Positions 26,367-38,646 of a stretch of DNA of 64,000 bases are shown piece by piece (positions within the stretch are counted from its first letter, which is position 1; every line of letters begins with the position of its first letter). The DNA is from Podarcis cretensis (taxonomy: Eukaryota): positions 43,400,001 to 43,464,000 of the forward strand of contig OX638157.1 in the NCBI GenBank assembly GCA_951804945.1, read 5' to 3'. Under the pieces are notes generated by a model. It was not told where the DNA came from and searched no databases. It saw only the letters and a list, made by a program, of their open reading frames with translations. The position numbers and the translations under genes were made by a program.

Positions 26367-27016
26367 TTCTAAGGTATAGAACTTAAACTTGGGGATGGGG
26401 GGCTCATAGAACCTTCCCACGCCATGCATAGAATATACAGAATGAACTAGGTCCAGCTGATTTTTAACATTTAAAGATTTTCCATTTATTTGTAATTTTC
26501 ACTTGTTCTGCAACTAATTTTTGATCATCCTTAAGTTTTTTCCTTTTGTGGCTTGAGATAATTCACCTTGAAGGTTTTGCACATGGTGGGGGAAGGTGTT
26601 CAAGGCTAATGCTATGCATGTCTGCCATCTGTAAAATCGACAAGTTGTGACTGGGACCTCAGTGTCCCTAGTCCATACTTAGTGAGCCACTTAACCTTTG
26701 TGAAGTGAGACTGTATAGCCTTTGTGCTTAACTGCTGAGCAGCATTTCCTAATTTAAATCTAAACGTGCTTCTTTCAGGGACCTTGGTAAACATTTGTTT
26801 TCTCCACCTCTCTGTGGGCACCTTAGGGCATTTGAAAATGACTTCTGCTTTTATGTGGCTGCTGCCACATGAGCCTAACACATTTTTTATTGCAGCTCAA
26901 CAGTAGCCAGGTAGTCATGGAATCAAGCCTTTGCACCTGCGGAGTCTTGTCATAAGTCGGGCTATCAGAACAAAATGTGAAGAAGGAAGGAGAAAAAGAG
27001 GATAAGAAACCAGAAT

Positions 27017-27094
27017 ATGGGAACACGAAAAACCCCCAAACAAACAGAGAGCTTTTGTCTGCAGGGCTGTGCCTTCCACTCCAGTGAGGAAGTA
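27017..27094 (+). CDS. Speculative additional alternative N-terminal exon MGTRKTPKQTESFCLQGCAFHSSEEV
   Basis: ATG in good context (aatATGG), 26 open codons, then gta|gtaaga donor in phase 0, compatible with the 46836 acceptor. No homologue recognised. Confidence 0.2.
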
Positions 27095-28899
27095 GTAAGA
27101 GCTTAGTGAGTCAGACGACTTGCTGCAGCTTGCCAGAAGAAAGCCCAGCAGCTGTGTGAGAGCTCTTCTAGATAGGTTTTGTGTTGCTCTGTGATTAGTA
27201 TATCTGAGCTGTCTTCTTTTGACAGCCATAGCACATGGTGGGAGAAGCAATTGCCACACTTCCTCACATCCCACTACTTCTTTACCTAGTAGGTATCACT
27301 GCAGAAGGAAGCTCAAGCCTTACCCACTATAAACTACTGCCTATGGCACTTGTGACTTCAGAAATGTTAGCCACATTACCACCAGTGTCATGTGTCCACT
27401 AAAATCTAGAGACAGAAGTGTTCTGGGCATGGCAGCAAAAGGAAAAGATGCAATAAGAAAACCATTGTTGGGGAGGGTGCTTCCTAGATATTAAGAACCA
27501 AAGAGTCCAGAGTAGGGCGTTTCCTCATTTGCTTTCTTTTATATGTTTAAAGGGAAAAGATTTGCAGTCGAAATAAACAGTGATGGTGGGAGGGTGACAA
27601 ACGTATCCACGTTTGTTCTTTGGCTACAGCTAAAAATAAATTTGAAGACCACTGCTTCAAATGAGTGCTATCAGCTCCCACAATACTGTAAAATGCTTTC
27701 AAAAATACTCTTGCACGTGTGAATACACATGCATAAAGGCAGTTTTTCCATAGTCGAACCCTGAAGAAAAACCTACGGTCCCATATTAGTCTTATTCTAG
27801 ATTTTCATTCTAAGGAAACATATTTTAATGTGTGTTTTAAAAAGAATACAGGACAGATTATTATGGTATACACAAGCCTAAAAATGAATGATCCAAAACT
27901 TTAAAATATGGTTTAGTGGTGGTGCTTGTTTTTATTTTTTAAAGAATTCTATGGCTTTATAAAAATAGACTTTTAGAGAATCACCTTTTGGTCTGCCAAG
28001 TGAGCTTTGACCTGCAGTCACTACAGGAAAGCATTACTGTATGACAGATTAAATTAACCAACTGAGAATGCATGTGTCTGGTAGAAACAGCTGCAGCCTC
28101 TGTCTCTGGTACTTTTCTATATTGTTCATAAATATATGTTTAAAGTTCTTGTTGTCTGTTCGATTTTTGCTACTGTAGTAGCAGAAATGAGCATTCTTTC
28201 CCTGCCTTTCTCTCCCAAGTTGTGTGTGCACATGGGCTTGAATACCAGGAATGCATTGTAAGTGTAAAAAGGTCAGATTTTCATGATAAAAAATTGATGG
28301 CAAAAAGTCTTTCTTATTTTTCTCACTGGTGACTTGCATAAAAACATTGTGGAAGGGTGTTGCTTGTAATGTAGCAGGGTTTTGTGCTTTTTTTGGCTGG
28401 AGTATGCCCTTCAGCTTAGTTCATGTGCCATAATGCTGTGGTGACAGAGCTAGTTTTACATGGGAGTGGCTAGGTTAATTTCTCCATTTTAAAAATGAAA
28501 TACTACCTTCAAGAGACATGTTGTATCTGTACAAATTTAGAGCCTGCCTGCCTATTCCAGTGCTATATTCTGTGAACTGTACACCTCTTTTAATGGAAAC
28601 TACATGTTTGACCTGTGTGGCAAACTGCAGACTTTATTTAAACAAATTTCAGCAGAGGATTGTGAAAATTCACAGCTATGCACCTTGCAGTTACCTAAGC
28701 CTGAACAGTATCATACCTGTGTGCCCATGAAAGCTTGTCAAGTATGCCATTATTAAGCAGTTGATAGAGATATTTACAGCTTTGCCGCAACATTATTTTT
28801 GGGTGGGGGAGGAGGTGGCAGCAAACACCATTGCTTTATATTCACCTTGGTGAAAAATGATATTTAGTTCGGAGCCTGTTCAAGTAAGTCTTTCTCCTT

Positions 28900-30182
28900 A
28901 TTCCCACCCTGCCTTCAGTGGTATTCATTGGAGCCAGCAATCAATGGATTCCTTCCCCTTTGGGATTTGCTTGACCTACAGAAGCTGACATAATACAGGC
29001 AAGCGCTTGTTACTCTATCTGAATTGTCCATCTGTACCTTAATGAGTGAAATAGTTAAGCAGCCGAGGGGGCAAGCCGCAAGGAATGTGTCTTCCATTTG
29101 AGTTGAATATTTCGATGTATAGGGGGAGAGGGAGGGAGGCAGAGAGAGAGAGATCCACTTACATCATTAGAACTGCATTGAGTGTGCCTGTGTGCAGGTT
29201 AAGAGACAGACTACAGTGTCTTTGCTTTCTGCAGGAAGCAGCAATGCCGTTTGTATCCTAAGAGGAATTTTTTATTTAGAAAAGGAAGCGTTCTTTCTAC
29301 CCAGGAAATGGCTTTCCTTGTGCGTTGCTATGCCAACTGCCTGCAGCCATGGTCTTCCAAAGTAAGCACAATAACGTAATTATATTGGCGTATTACATTC
29401 AGACTCATGATTCTCTAGGTTTTTCTCTGTGTATGTGCCTTTGGTGTTTTTGGTTTTTTTCTTTTTGGTTTTTTTCCCTTAGTGACTCTCTTGATGGTAG
29501 GCATGGTTTCCTTGAATGTGAGGGACAGGCATCATTAAATTAAATGTCCGTCAATGTCATGCCGCTTGGATTAATTGTGCGAACTTGGTTAGTTGAGTGG
29601 AACAGAGATCACTGGTCACCCTGTCAGCATCATTAGCAGCCAGAGGGGAGGTCCCTATTCACATGCTCTGCCCTGATTTTTTATTTTTTTTAATGGGGGT
29701 GAGGGGCTCTTTATTACTGTGATTGCAAATTAAACAGGAGTATTAACAATGCTTGGCTGAATGCAGGAAGCTGGTTCCCGCACCCTTACTAATATAATAC
29801 TGTATTAAGCTTTTTTGAGGGAGTCTGTGTGCAGTCAGCCATTTTAGCTTTTCTCCCCCCTCCCCCCTTTTTCCTCCCTTTCGCTCTCAGGGAATGCTCT
29901 CGTTCTTGTAGAAGAATGCTGGATATGTATGGTGTTGCCAGGCACTTTACATCCTTGCACGCTTAAGACTTCGAGTGTTATAAAAATGGAGACAATTGCC
30001 GCTGTTTGGATTGCTTTTCTGCACTACAAGTGTGAGAGATTTTGTGAACGGCACTTTGAGCTCTTGGCTTGGTTTTTCCCTTGGTTTTTGTTTGTTTAGT
30101 TTAATGCAGTAGAGGATGATTTGCTATCCATGAGAAACTGGTACATGATGTGTAAATTCAGTTCAGCATATGTTTGTTCATT
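28900..30182 (+). promoter_or_regulatory. Internal promoter / 5'UTR region for the short RAPGEF2 isoforms
   Basis: About 1.3 kb with no recognisable transposon, around two ATG-initiated exons; purine tract at 29120-29152, pyrimidine tract at 29848-29888, TATAAAA at 29979-29985, several TAAT and TGTCA motifs. Boundaries approximate. Confidence 0.6.
29308..29361 (+). CDS. RAPGEF2: RAPGEF2 alternative N-terminal coding exon MAFLVRCYANCLQPWSSK
   Basis: gaaATGG (strong Kozak), 18 codons, donor aaa|gtaagc in phase 0 matching the LPADF exon; lies in a repeat-free region. I recall this N-terminus from predicted RAPGEF2 isoforms. Confidence 0.75.
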
Positions 30183-30242
30183 ATGAAACCTCTTGCAATC
30201 CCAGCTAACCATGGAGTTATGGGCCAGCAGGAGAAACATTCA
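30183..30242 (+). CDS. RAPGEF2: RAPGEF2 canonical first coding exon MKPLAIPANHGVMGQQEKHS
   Basis: ATG at 30183, 20 codons, donor tca|gtaagt in phase 0; matches the canonical human RAPGEF2 N-terminus as recalled. Confidence 0.95.
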
Positions 30243-31252
30243 GTAAGTATAGCAAATTCTGCTTATTTTGGGAACAGGCTTTCGTTAAATTTCATTTTAA
30301 ATTGTAACTGCCTGTATACATGCTCATTTTGCTTTGATTGTGGATATAATGGGGCTGTTAAATTGTAGTAGAACAACAACAGATGCCTGCCGTGGTGTCA
30401 GTTGTGATTTAATACTTTGGTATTTCATGTTTTAAAATATGGAAGTTGCTTGCTTCTAAATAGAGAACTTTGAAATATTATACTTTATATAGAGTATGTT
30501 TCAGCTAACTTCTAACTTGAAAAGAAATACAAAGTTAAGATTTCTTGAAGGCGTATAGTGATGTCGAATACTTCTGTAACCAATATTATCCTGTATTTGC
30601 ATGAAAGGTCTGTGTCATTTTGGTTTGGCATACCATGACCAACTTAAAAAGCAGTAATGTTTAACGAAAATGGGAACAATTTAAAAGGAGCAAGCAATAA
30701 ATGCTAGCCCTTTTAATTAATCCCACGGGCCAACTACACCTCTGTCATGCTGTAATCCCATAGGAAGGTACTGTTCCTTGTTTGTGAAAATAGCATTCAT
30801 AGGCAAAATAGAAAATCTTTAGAAGTGTGGGCCTTGAATGCCAAAGATTTCAGGCCACGATCTAGAGAGCTGTTAGGTGTACCCAGCTGGGCATCTGTCT
30901 TTTTTGTTTTTTATTTGAATGGCAGATTACCCCCCCCCTTCCCTGCCCCACCCCCAATGCCGCATTGATCAAACTGCTTTGGAAATTCCCCTGAATTTCT
31001 AAAGCAGTTTGCCATGATGTGCAGGAGGCTGCTGCTTGAGAAATAGAGGTCAAAAACCCCTTTGGGTGGTGCCAGTCTTCTTGCATGGCTGAATTGTGGC
31101 CTAGATTTGTTTTTTAAGTCTTACAAAACCATTAAAAAATATAAAACTGTATACTAACTCCTCAGGCATTACTATTACATAAATATTTATGGCTTACCAG
31201 TGAATTCTGTTAATTTTTGTTGTTGAGAAGTGTGCAAGTGTGGATTTTGCAA

Positions 31253-31291
<39 letters not shown>
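31253..31291. repeat. (TAT)n microsatellite, probably the tail of a minus-strand retroposon extending to about 31410
   Basis: Read directly; retroposon link is inferred. Confidence 0.85.
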
Positions 31292-32721
31292 CACTGTCAT
31301 CCCAGGGTGGGTTGCAACAATTAAAACACAGTGTTAAAAAGAGCTTAAAACAACTTGCAATCACAAAAATAAAGTGGGCCCTAAAATATACATCTCAGGC
31401 CCGGGTACCAAGGTGTGCAGACATGCTTCACTCTTCAAACTACTTGTTTTTTCTTAATCCTCATGAAGTCACACTGGGACTTATATGAAGCAAGAAGTTT
31501 TTGACATGTGAGAATGTGCAGAAGTGTGCATGAAAGTTTCATACATGTGAGATGGAGACATACGTGACTATTAAAATTTGTGTGCAGGCATACAATATAA
31601 TATTTAGGTCATGAATCAGGTGGTTGTTAACATTACAAAAGTAATTATACAGTGACTTTAGATGTGTAAAACAAACATTTAGATTATTCAAGATCTTAGG
31701 TAATCATTCTCTGCCCTGAGTTGTTGTAAGACCATTCCACCCCAAACGCAGCATATTAGTGTAGGGTGAAAAACTTAATGAGTGGCATTCATTTGGTCCC
31801 TTGCACTCACAGAAGGACTTTTAATTCAATTGATGCCTCCATTAATGGAAGAAGAGGGGAGGGGCTTTTTTTGCCAGTATCTCATGCATCCCCCAGCTTG
31901 AGGAACATTCCATAGCAAGGTAGAAAGTGGTATGGAGGTCCATAAAGGGAATTGCAAATTGGTGCAAATCACTTCACCTCCCTTTCAGTAAGCGGAGGTG
32001 CCCACTGGATCAAAAGCTTTTTCACAAGTGCATGGGCACCACTTGGATTCCACCTAATGAAATTATATAGTCCTCAGTGAACTGATGGAGGTGAGCTGGA
32101 GAAATGTCATGCTCTGGATTCTATCTGTGAAGTCAAATTTCAAGAACATGGCACCCTTGTTTTGGAACTTCTTCATGAATAAGCAGTTGCTAGATTCTAA
32201 CTCTTATTATTTTAGAAGTGTGAAAACATTTTTTATTTAGACACATGTGTGTGATAATTGCTGCTGGTTCTGTCCAAGCAGCTGTTTAACTTCCTTTTTC
32301 TGAGCTGTATTGTTTTTAATGTGTTTAATAAACTGTTCTCTGTTTCATGGCATTATCTACTGTTGTCAGCCATCAGCTTCTTGAAAGTGGAAAGAGATTG
32401 GAAATAAATATTATAAATGGACATTAGTAGAAGCCAGCTGAGGAGCATTGATTCCCCCTGCCCTCATGTAAATTGGTTGCTGCAGGTTCATATTTTGAGG
32501 AGAACCAATAAGTGGAGGAGAACAGCTGTGGTTTGGAATGAGATAAAGCACAAGCCTAGGTTCAGATGTAATACTAAGCCAAACCATGGTTTAGCTCCCA
32601 GGAGCATGGCACCAGCAAGACTAGGGAAGGACTGAGGCTGCATTGATTTTCTAAATATATACCAGCACAATTTCTCATTCAAATTTAGACATGGTTGAAC
32701 AGGGACAGTAATGAAATGTTA

Positions 32722-32742
32722 CCTATCTATATCTTATCTATC

Positions 32743-32777
<35 letters not shown>

Positions 32778-32783
32778 ATCTAT
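32722..32783. repeat. (TATC)n microsatellite
   Basis: Read directly. Confidence 0.92.
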
Positions 32784-33633
32784 CTTCAACTAAGTTTTAA
32801 TCAGTCTCATTGAAATAAATGACCATGTGTAGGTTAGGTCCTATAAGTTCAATAAGCCTACTCTGCGTAAAACCTAGTTGAATACCACCAAGGTGTTTAT
32901 TGTCTGAATCTATATTAATAGCCATGCAACTTACTGAACTGGAATTAGCAATACTATTATTTCTTGATTTTCTAAATGCTCTATTTCATTTTACAGAATA
33001 TTTGTAAATTGCTACTCTAGGTTGAGAATTTAAACTCTGGCCTTGTAGAGTCTGTGTCATGTATGCCCAAATACAGTCGGCTTAATTTTCCAAATTATCA
33101 AACTAGTAAACTATTCTGTAATTATTTGTATCTTCTTAACCTTATCCCAGTTGGCTAGTGGATGGTTCAGGTCCTGCAATCCTGTAAACATGTTAGCCAT
33201 TGTTAGTGGCCTTTTCCCTGGTTGGTTGGTTGGTTGGTTGGTTGGTTAGTAGTAACAATCTTTAAGTTAGTTAGTTGCTAAACAGTTTGTTTTTCTGAGG
33301 GGAGGGGTAAGAACTTCTTTAAGGGAAACTAGTAACATACCCTTAAATGGTCTACTATCACTGAATTAACACATTCCCCCTTCCATTATTTGTGACATAC
33401 ATGACACTCATTCAAATAAGAATTTTTGTTCTATTGTAGTTTGGAAGGTAATATGGATATTAAGCTGCTCTCAGGCACCCAAATATTAGTGGCACTACTT
33501 TTGCCATGTAAAAGCAGCACACTCATGGGCCTTTCCTGCAGGTGTTTGGATGCAAAGAGAGAGAGAGAAGCTTGGTGACACAGCTCTTTGGAGTTTTTTG
33601 TTTGTTTAGCAAATTGTTTAGCTCTGTTTTGAA

Positions 33634-33912
33634 CAGAGGTGGAGAAACCTTTTCATTCTGAGGGCCACATTCTCATCTAGACAGACTTCGTGCCAGAGGA
33701 GGGTAAAGGCAACACTGGGCAGAGCAAATTTTATCCTTGTACAGTAGGCACATGCACTCGCACACATGCACACACACAGTCTTCCATCCAGAGAAGTAAG
33801 AGGCATTATCAGAGTTCGAGGACACATTCCTTTCAGGCAAAAATACCCAAGGAGAACATAAAGCAGGACTGCGGAGAGAGTTTGGCTCTTGGGCCATAGG
33901 TTCCTCACCCTG
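33634..33912. mobile_element. Degenerate hAT-like MITE
   Basis: cagaggtggagaaacct ... aggttcctcaccctg inverted ends. Confidence 0.5.
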
Positions 33913-34626
33913 ATTTAAAACAAACTAGCCAAGTTAAACTGTCTCAAAGCAACTTTGCAATGATTGTGCCACTTGGTTTATTCATAACGCCAACAGAAAA
34001 AAGAGATGGGTGGCACCTAAGGGACAAGAAGCTTCCCTTCCCACCAAAGAGAAATCTCTGAAGACCCGGAACACTGCTGGAAGCAGAATAATATCGTATT
34101 CCCTATTATTTCAGCATGTCAGCCTCTTCAGGAGCCAGCAGATCTTATTCCACATTGCAGTTCACTTAGAATGCATTGTTTTATGCATGTTGTTCCAGGG
34201 GTGATGAGCTGAAATGCATTGGACATAGTATGCTGTAAAATACAATTATTTTGCCTTCCGCAACCTTTTGAGGTTTCACCCTTTTTAGCCTTACGTAATG
34301 CTTCTATCGTTTATATACTAATGCTCATGCAAATTTGCTTCAGTAAATTTGCATTATATTGTCTTGGGAATACAAAACTAAGCTATTGTGTGTTAGTGAG
34401 CTGAACTAATCTGCAATGATGTAAAATGTTGGTGGGGTTTTTAGGCATGCAAAATTGTGAACATGTGCATTTACGTGGCAGAGGGGATGGGACTCGCCCC
34501 CCCCCCCCCGCCTGGAAGAACGAATATTGGAAGTTCAGACCAGCGTGAGGTAACTGCCTCAGGTGGCAGGTGATGGGAGGCAGAGAGAAGCAATGCATGT
34601 TGAAGGACAGAGCAATGTGTGCCTCA

Positions 34627-34753
34627 CAGCCTACCTGCAATTCCCTAAGTGAGTCTGTTGCCTTCAGGTGCACTGTCCTGTTGCCAGTGTTGATGTCAGT
34701 AGGACAGTGCACCTGAAGGCAACAGACTCACTTAGGGAATTGCAGGAAGGCTG
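34627..34753. repeat. 53-bp inverted repeat with 21-nt spacer
   Basis: Arms 34627-34679 and 34701-34753 are reverse complements with one mismatch. Confidence 0.95.
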
Positions 34754-36559
34754 TTAGCCAACCCATTTACTCATCTCTTCTTTCCCCCTGCTACCAAAAT
34801 ACAGTCTCACATACTTCTAATCTGTTGATTTGGCAGTTAGAAAGGCATGCTATCTCTTCCCCATGGCTGCTATGCTTTTTGTCTTGGAGGTTGCAGAGTA
34901 TTAGGTGGACAGAAAGCATGGAGAGAGGGACAGACCTAATTCCCCTTTCCATGTACTGCTGCTACCACTGGATCTTGGGGGTGAGGGGCAGACAGGAAGG
35001 ATGTCTTGGTAGTAAGGGGGGCAGGTGGGTAGGTGGTGCACAAACTTACTTGGTTTTTTTAGCACAGATTTTAATTGAACTGGAAAATATGTGGGCTTGA
35101 AGAACTATCATCTCTTTCTGAGCCCAAACATGAAGAAGTTCATTGGGATTTCTACTCTTAACATCATTCCTTATAAATGGCGGGTCTTCAGACCTCCTTA
35201 TACATTGTGTTTGAACTCTGGTGTGCTTCCAAAATAGTTTGTTGTAGGTAGGGTGAGGCATCTGTTTAGGAAGTCGAAAGCTTCATTGACCCAGCTAGTC
35301 ACAGTGTCCTCAGTTGTGGCTAAAACAGCTAAATAGATTTATGCAGCACTGTGGGGTCATTCTGGGTGACTATTGGCTCTCTGCTCTTCAGGTTAGGTTT
35401 CCACAGGATGGCTGCTTCTTTCAGATTCAGCTGCTGTTGAGTGGAGTTTCATGGGAGCCTTCTCTTAGCTTACTCAATTAGTTCACAGTCACATTAGCAA
35501 GTTCAGGGGCACCTATGATCCAAACTACTTTCAACATATAATTTTATTGCAGTCGTCTGCATACATTTATGGCTAGCTCATTAAAGATGACCCAGAAGCT
35601 TTGATTAGTTCAGAGCTCAGCTGGTTTAATTCTGATGGGTACAGACAAAGAATTTAATACTCCATCTACAACTACTGTACATTGAGTTGTCAATGACTCA
35701 GTTGACTGAGCTAGTTAAGAGACCTCACAATAAAACCTATGCATCTATTAACATGCAAATAAGGTCAAATAGGTGTATTGTATGTTATGGAAAGTAAGGC
35801 CACATTGATTTAGGTAAGATATTACCTCATGTCTTCATTTCTCTCGACAGGAATTTAGCTACAGATCCTGTAATACTCTTATTTGTATCAGAGAGAAGAG
35901 AAATGTAATGTGCAGGCAATCTTCAAAGATACAAAATGGTTACTGGATCAATAAACTCTTTCCGGAGACCTCTATAAAAGTTACAAAGCATGGATGAAGT
36001 TTCTATTTCTTCTGAGGAAGAAAGACATCACTTATAAGAGTAGGGTGTTACCCTAAATCTCCTTTCCATAAGAGCTGAAGGTACCACACTGAAATATGCA
36101 GGATAGGAATGCCCTCCTGTATTTTTTTATGCTTAAGTTCAGTGGATATTTTGTCTGAGAATTAACAGATGTACTGGAAATGCCAAATACCAAAACTGAA
36201 CAAGTCGTCTTGACTATCGAAAATAGGTTTTGGAAGCCTATTTATTTAATAAAAGATCTAGCTTGAAGCTGTGACAGAGAAACCGCAACACAAATTTTGT
36301 TACTTAGCAACTTCATCTATGTACTGCAAACTGGTCTACATGAACCGAAGATAGGTAGCTGTGTGAGATAATAGGGGGATATTAGCACTGAATTTTTGAC
36401 TCTGTAGCAGGGGCAAGAAACCTCTGGCTTGTGGGCCTACATGGGTCTGCTAGGTCTTCCTATTTGGCCTATGAAGACACTTCAGCCAAGACACAACTAC
36501 TTCCCCTGCATCTGATGTTAAATATGGCATCAGATTGTGGTGCATGTAAATACCTGGTT

Positions 36560-36676
36560 CATCTGAAGGCAGCCCTGTTCAGGGAAGTTTTTAATGTTTG
36601 AGGTTGTTGTTGTTTTTACTGTTCTTTGTTGGGAGCCGCCCAGAGTGACTGGGACAACCCAGTCAGATGGGCAGCA

Positions 36677-36748
<72 letters not shown>
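36560..36748 (+). mobile_element. L2-type LINE 3' end with (TAAG)n(TTA)n tail
   Basis: gggagccgcccagagtg...cccagtcagatgggcagcat followed by simple repeats; a related short 3' end is at about 10666-10722. Confidence 0.65.
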
Positions 36749-38433
36749 GTGTTTGCATGTAACACAGCTTTGTGCAGAGTGCTGTGGACAGTGGTTTGCA
36801 TGACTTGACAATCATCTGTGTTGAATCTTGTTGAGTGTTTTGCAAGGGGCTTCACAATACCCAGCAATCAGTTGATCATTGGTGTCCATGCGGGCAAAAC
36901 ATCATTGTGATAGCCCGGGACTGACTTATGGGAAGTCCCCATTCACCTTTGCAACTTGGTTCCTGAAGGGTGGGGGAAATAATTATCTGACCTTCTAGTC
37001 AGAGCTAATCTCTGCCTCCTCTCTTCACTCGAGAATTCAAACCTCATGTCTAAGCTCAGGACTGCTACTGATGCTACATAGTTTGGGACACCAAACATAG
37101 CCCTTAAGAGCCTTGAACAAACTTTTTCAACACTTGAATTCAAAATCAAATTCTGAACACCATATAAGAGTTGGGCTAGCAATTTGGCAGTTAAAACTTA
37201 TCATGCTGAATAAATATAACATATCCCTATAGTGCACAAAAATGTTGAATCACAATCATGCGTTATGTCATTGGTACTCTATTTACTTCTGAACTCAACT
37301 TAAGATGCTATATTTACCTTAAAAATTCTTAACTGGTTTGGGCTAAATACTTGAAGGAATGTCTCTTCTCATATCAGTAAACTCATGTCTTAATTTTAGA
37401 TTATCTTTGCCTGTTTAGGTTTTAATTGTTGTTGATGCATTATTGTCCTTTATATTTATTTGTTGGTTTACAATTGCATCTATATTTTTCTGAATTAGCT
37501 TTTATTTGCTCTTTTCTATACTATCCTGAATCTTTTGAAGGGTGGTTTTTAAATAAATAGATACATGGAAATCAATGTCCTTGCCATTTTCCTTGGCAGA
37601 GGATGTTTGCCAGACAATGTTTTTCTGATAGACATATACTAAAAAAAACAAGCAATGCAATACATTAATGAACAGATTTGTGTTCCTCCTACTTTTACTA
37701 CTACAGGAAAGTAGGAAACTCATTGTAGATGTAGGAAAAATATTTGGTGAGATAGTATTTTTAAACTAAAACAAATTTGCCTGGTTTTTACTTAACTTCT
37801 GCCAGAATTGATAATTTTAAAAACATACCTATATTCACAGCTCCTTTTCAAATAGCCAATGGTAATGCTAAGGCACCACCCATCTCAAATTAGGGACATT
37901 GACAGCAATGCTCAGGTACCTTCCCTGCACCACTTGGGTAGTTTTCAGACAGAGGAAAATGATGCTCATATCTCTGTACAATTACCCTGCATATGTTACT
38001 CAGAACCCAACTAAGTACATAACCATCAACTACAGCCATTTTCAGCAAATAGTAAAGCAGCCATGATGGATCAAAATGGATGAAAGAAAATAAGCTTTGC
38101 AACATTTTGACATGCTTTTGCTGATTGGGAACTTTTGCTGATTCTCAGTAGTCATGTGAGCAGTGCTCGAAACTCCCATTGTTCTAGGCACATCTTGCAA
38201 CAGGGAATTTCATTAGCGTGAGCAGTTTCTGAGCTCTGAGCGCAGTACTGCGCTTAAGATTTCAGATAGATTAAAATTGCAGAGTAGAAGGAAAGGAGGA
38301 CCTTTTTCTGCCTCCCCACTTCAGCTACTCTCTGAAGACTGGAGAAGATACCCTCTTAAGAATATTAGGGGGGTGGGCAGTTGAAGGCCTAGACTATGTG
38401 AAAAATTAATATTTTAGCTGCAGTTCATTCATT

Positions 38434-38646
38434 TCATAGAATCATAGAATCATAGAGTTGGAAGAGACCACAAGGGCCATCGAGTCCAACCCCCTGCCAA
38501 GCAGGAAACACCATCAGAGCACTCCTGACATATGGTTGTCAAGCCTCTGCTTAAAGACCTCCAAAGAAGGAGACTCCACCACACTCCTTGGCAGCAAATT
38601 CCACTGTCGAACAGCTCTTACTGTCAGGAAGTTCTTCCTAATGTTT
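38434..38646 (-). mobile_element. 5'-truncated young CR1 LINE
   Basis: (catagaat)n tail; reverse complement almost identical to 7364-7570. Confidence 0.92.
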
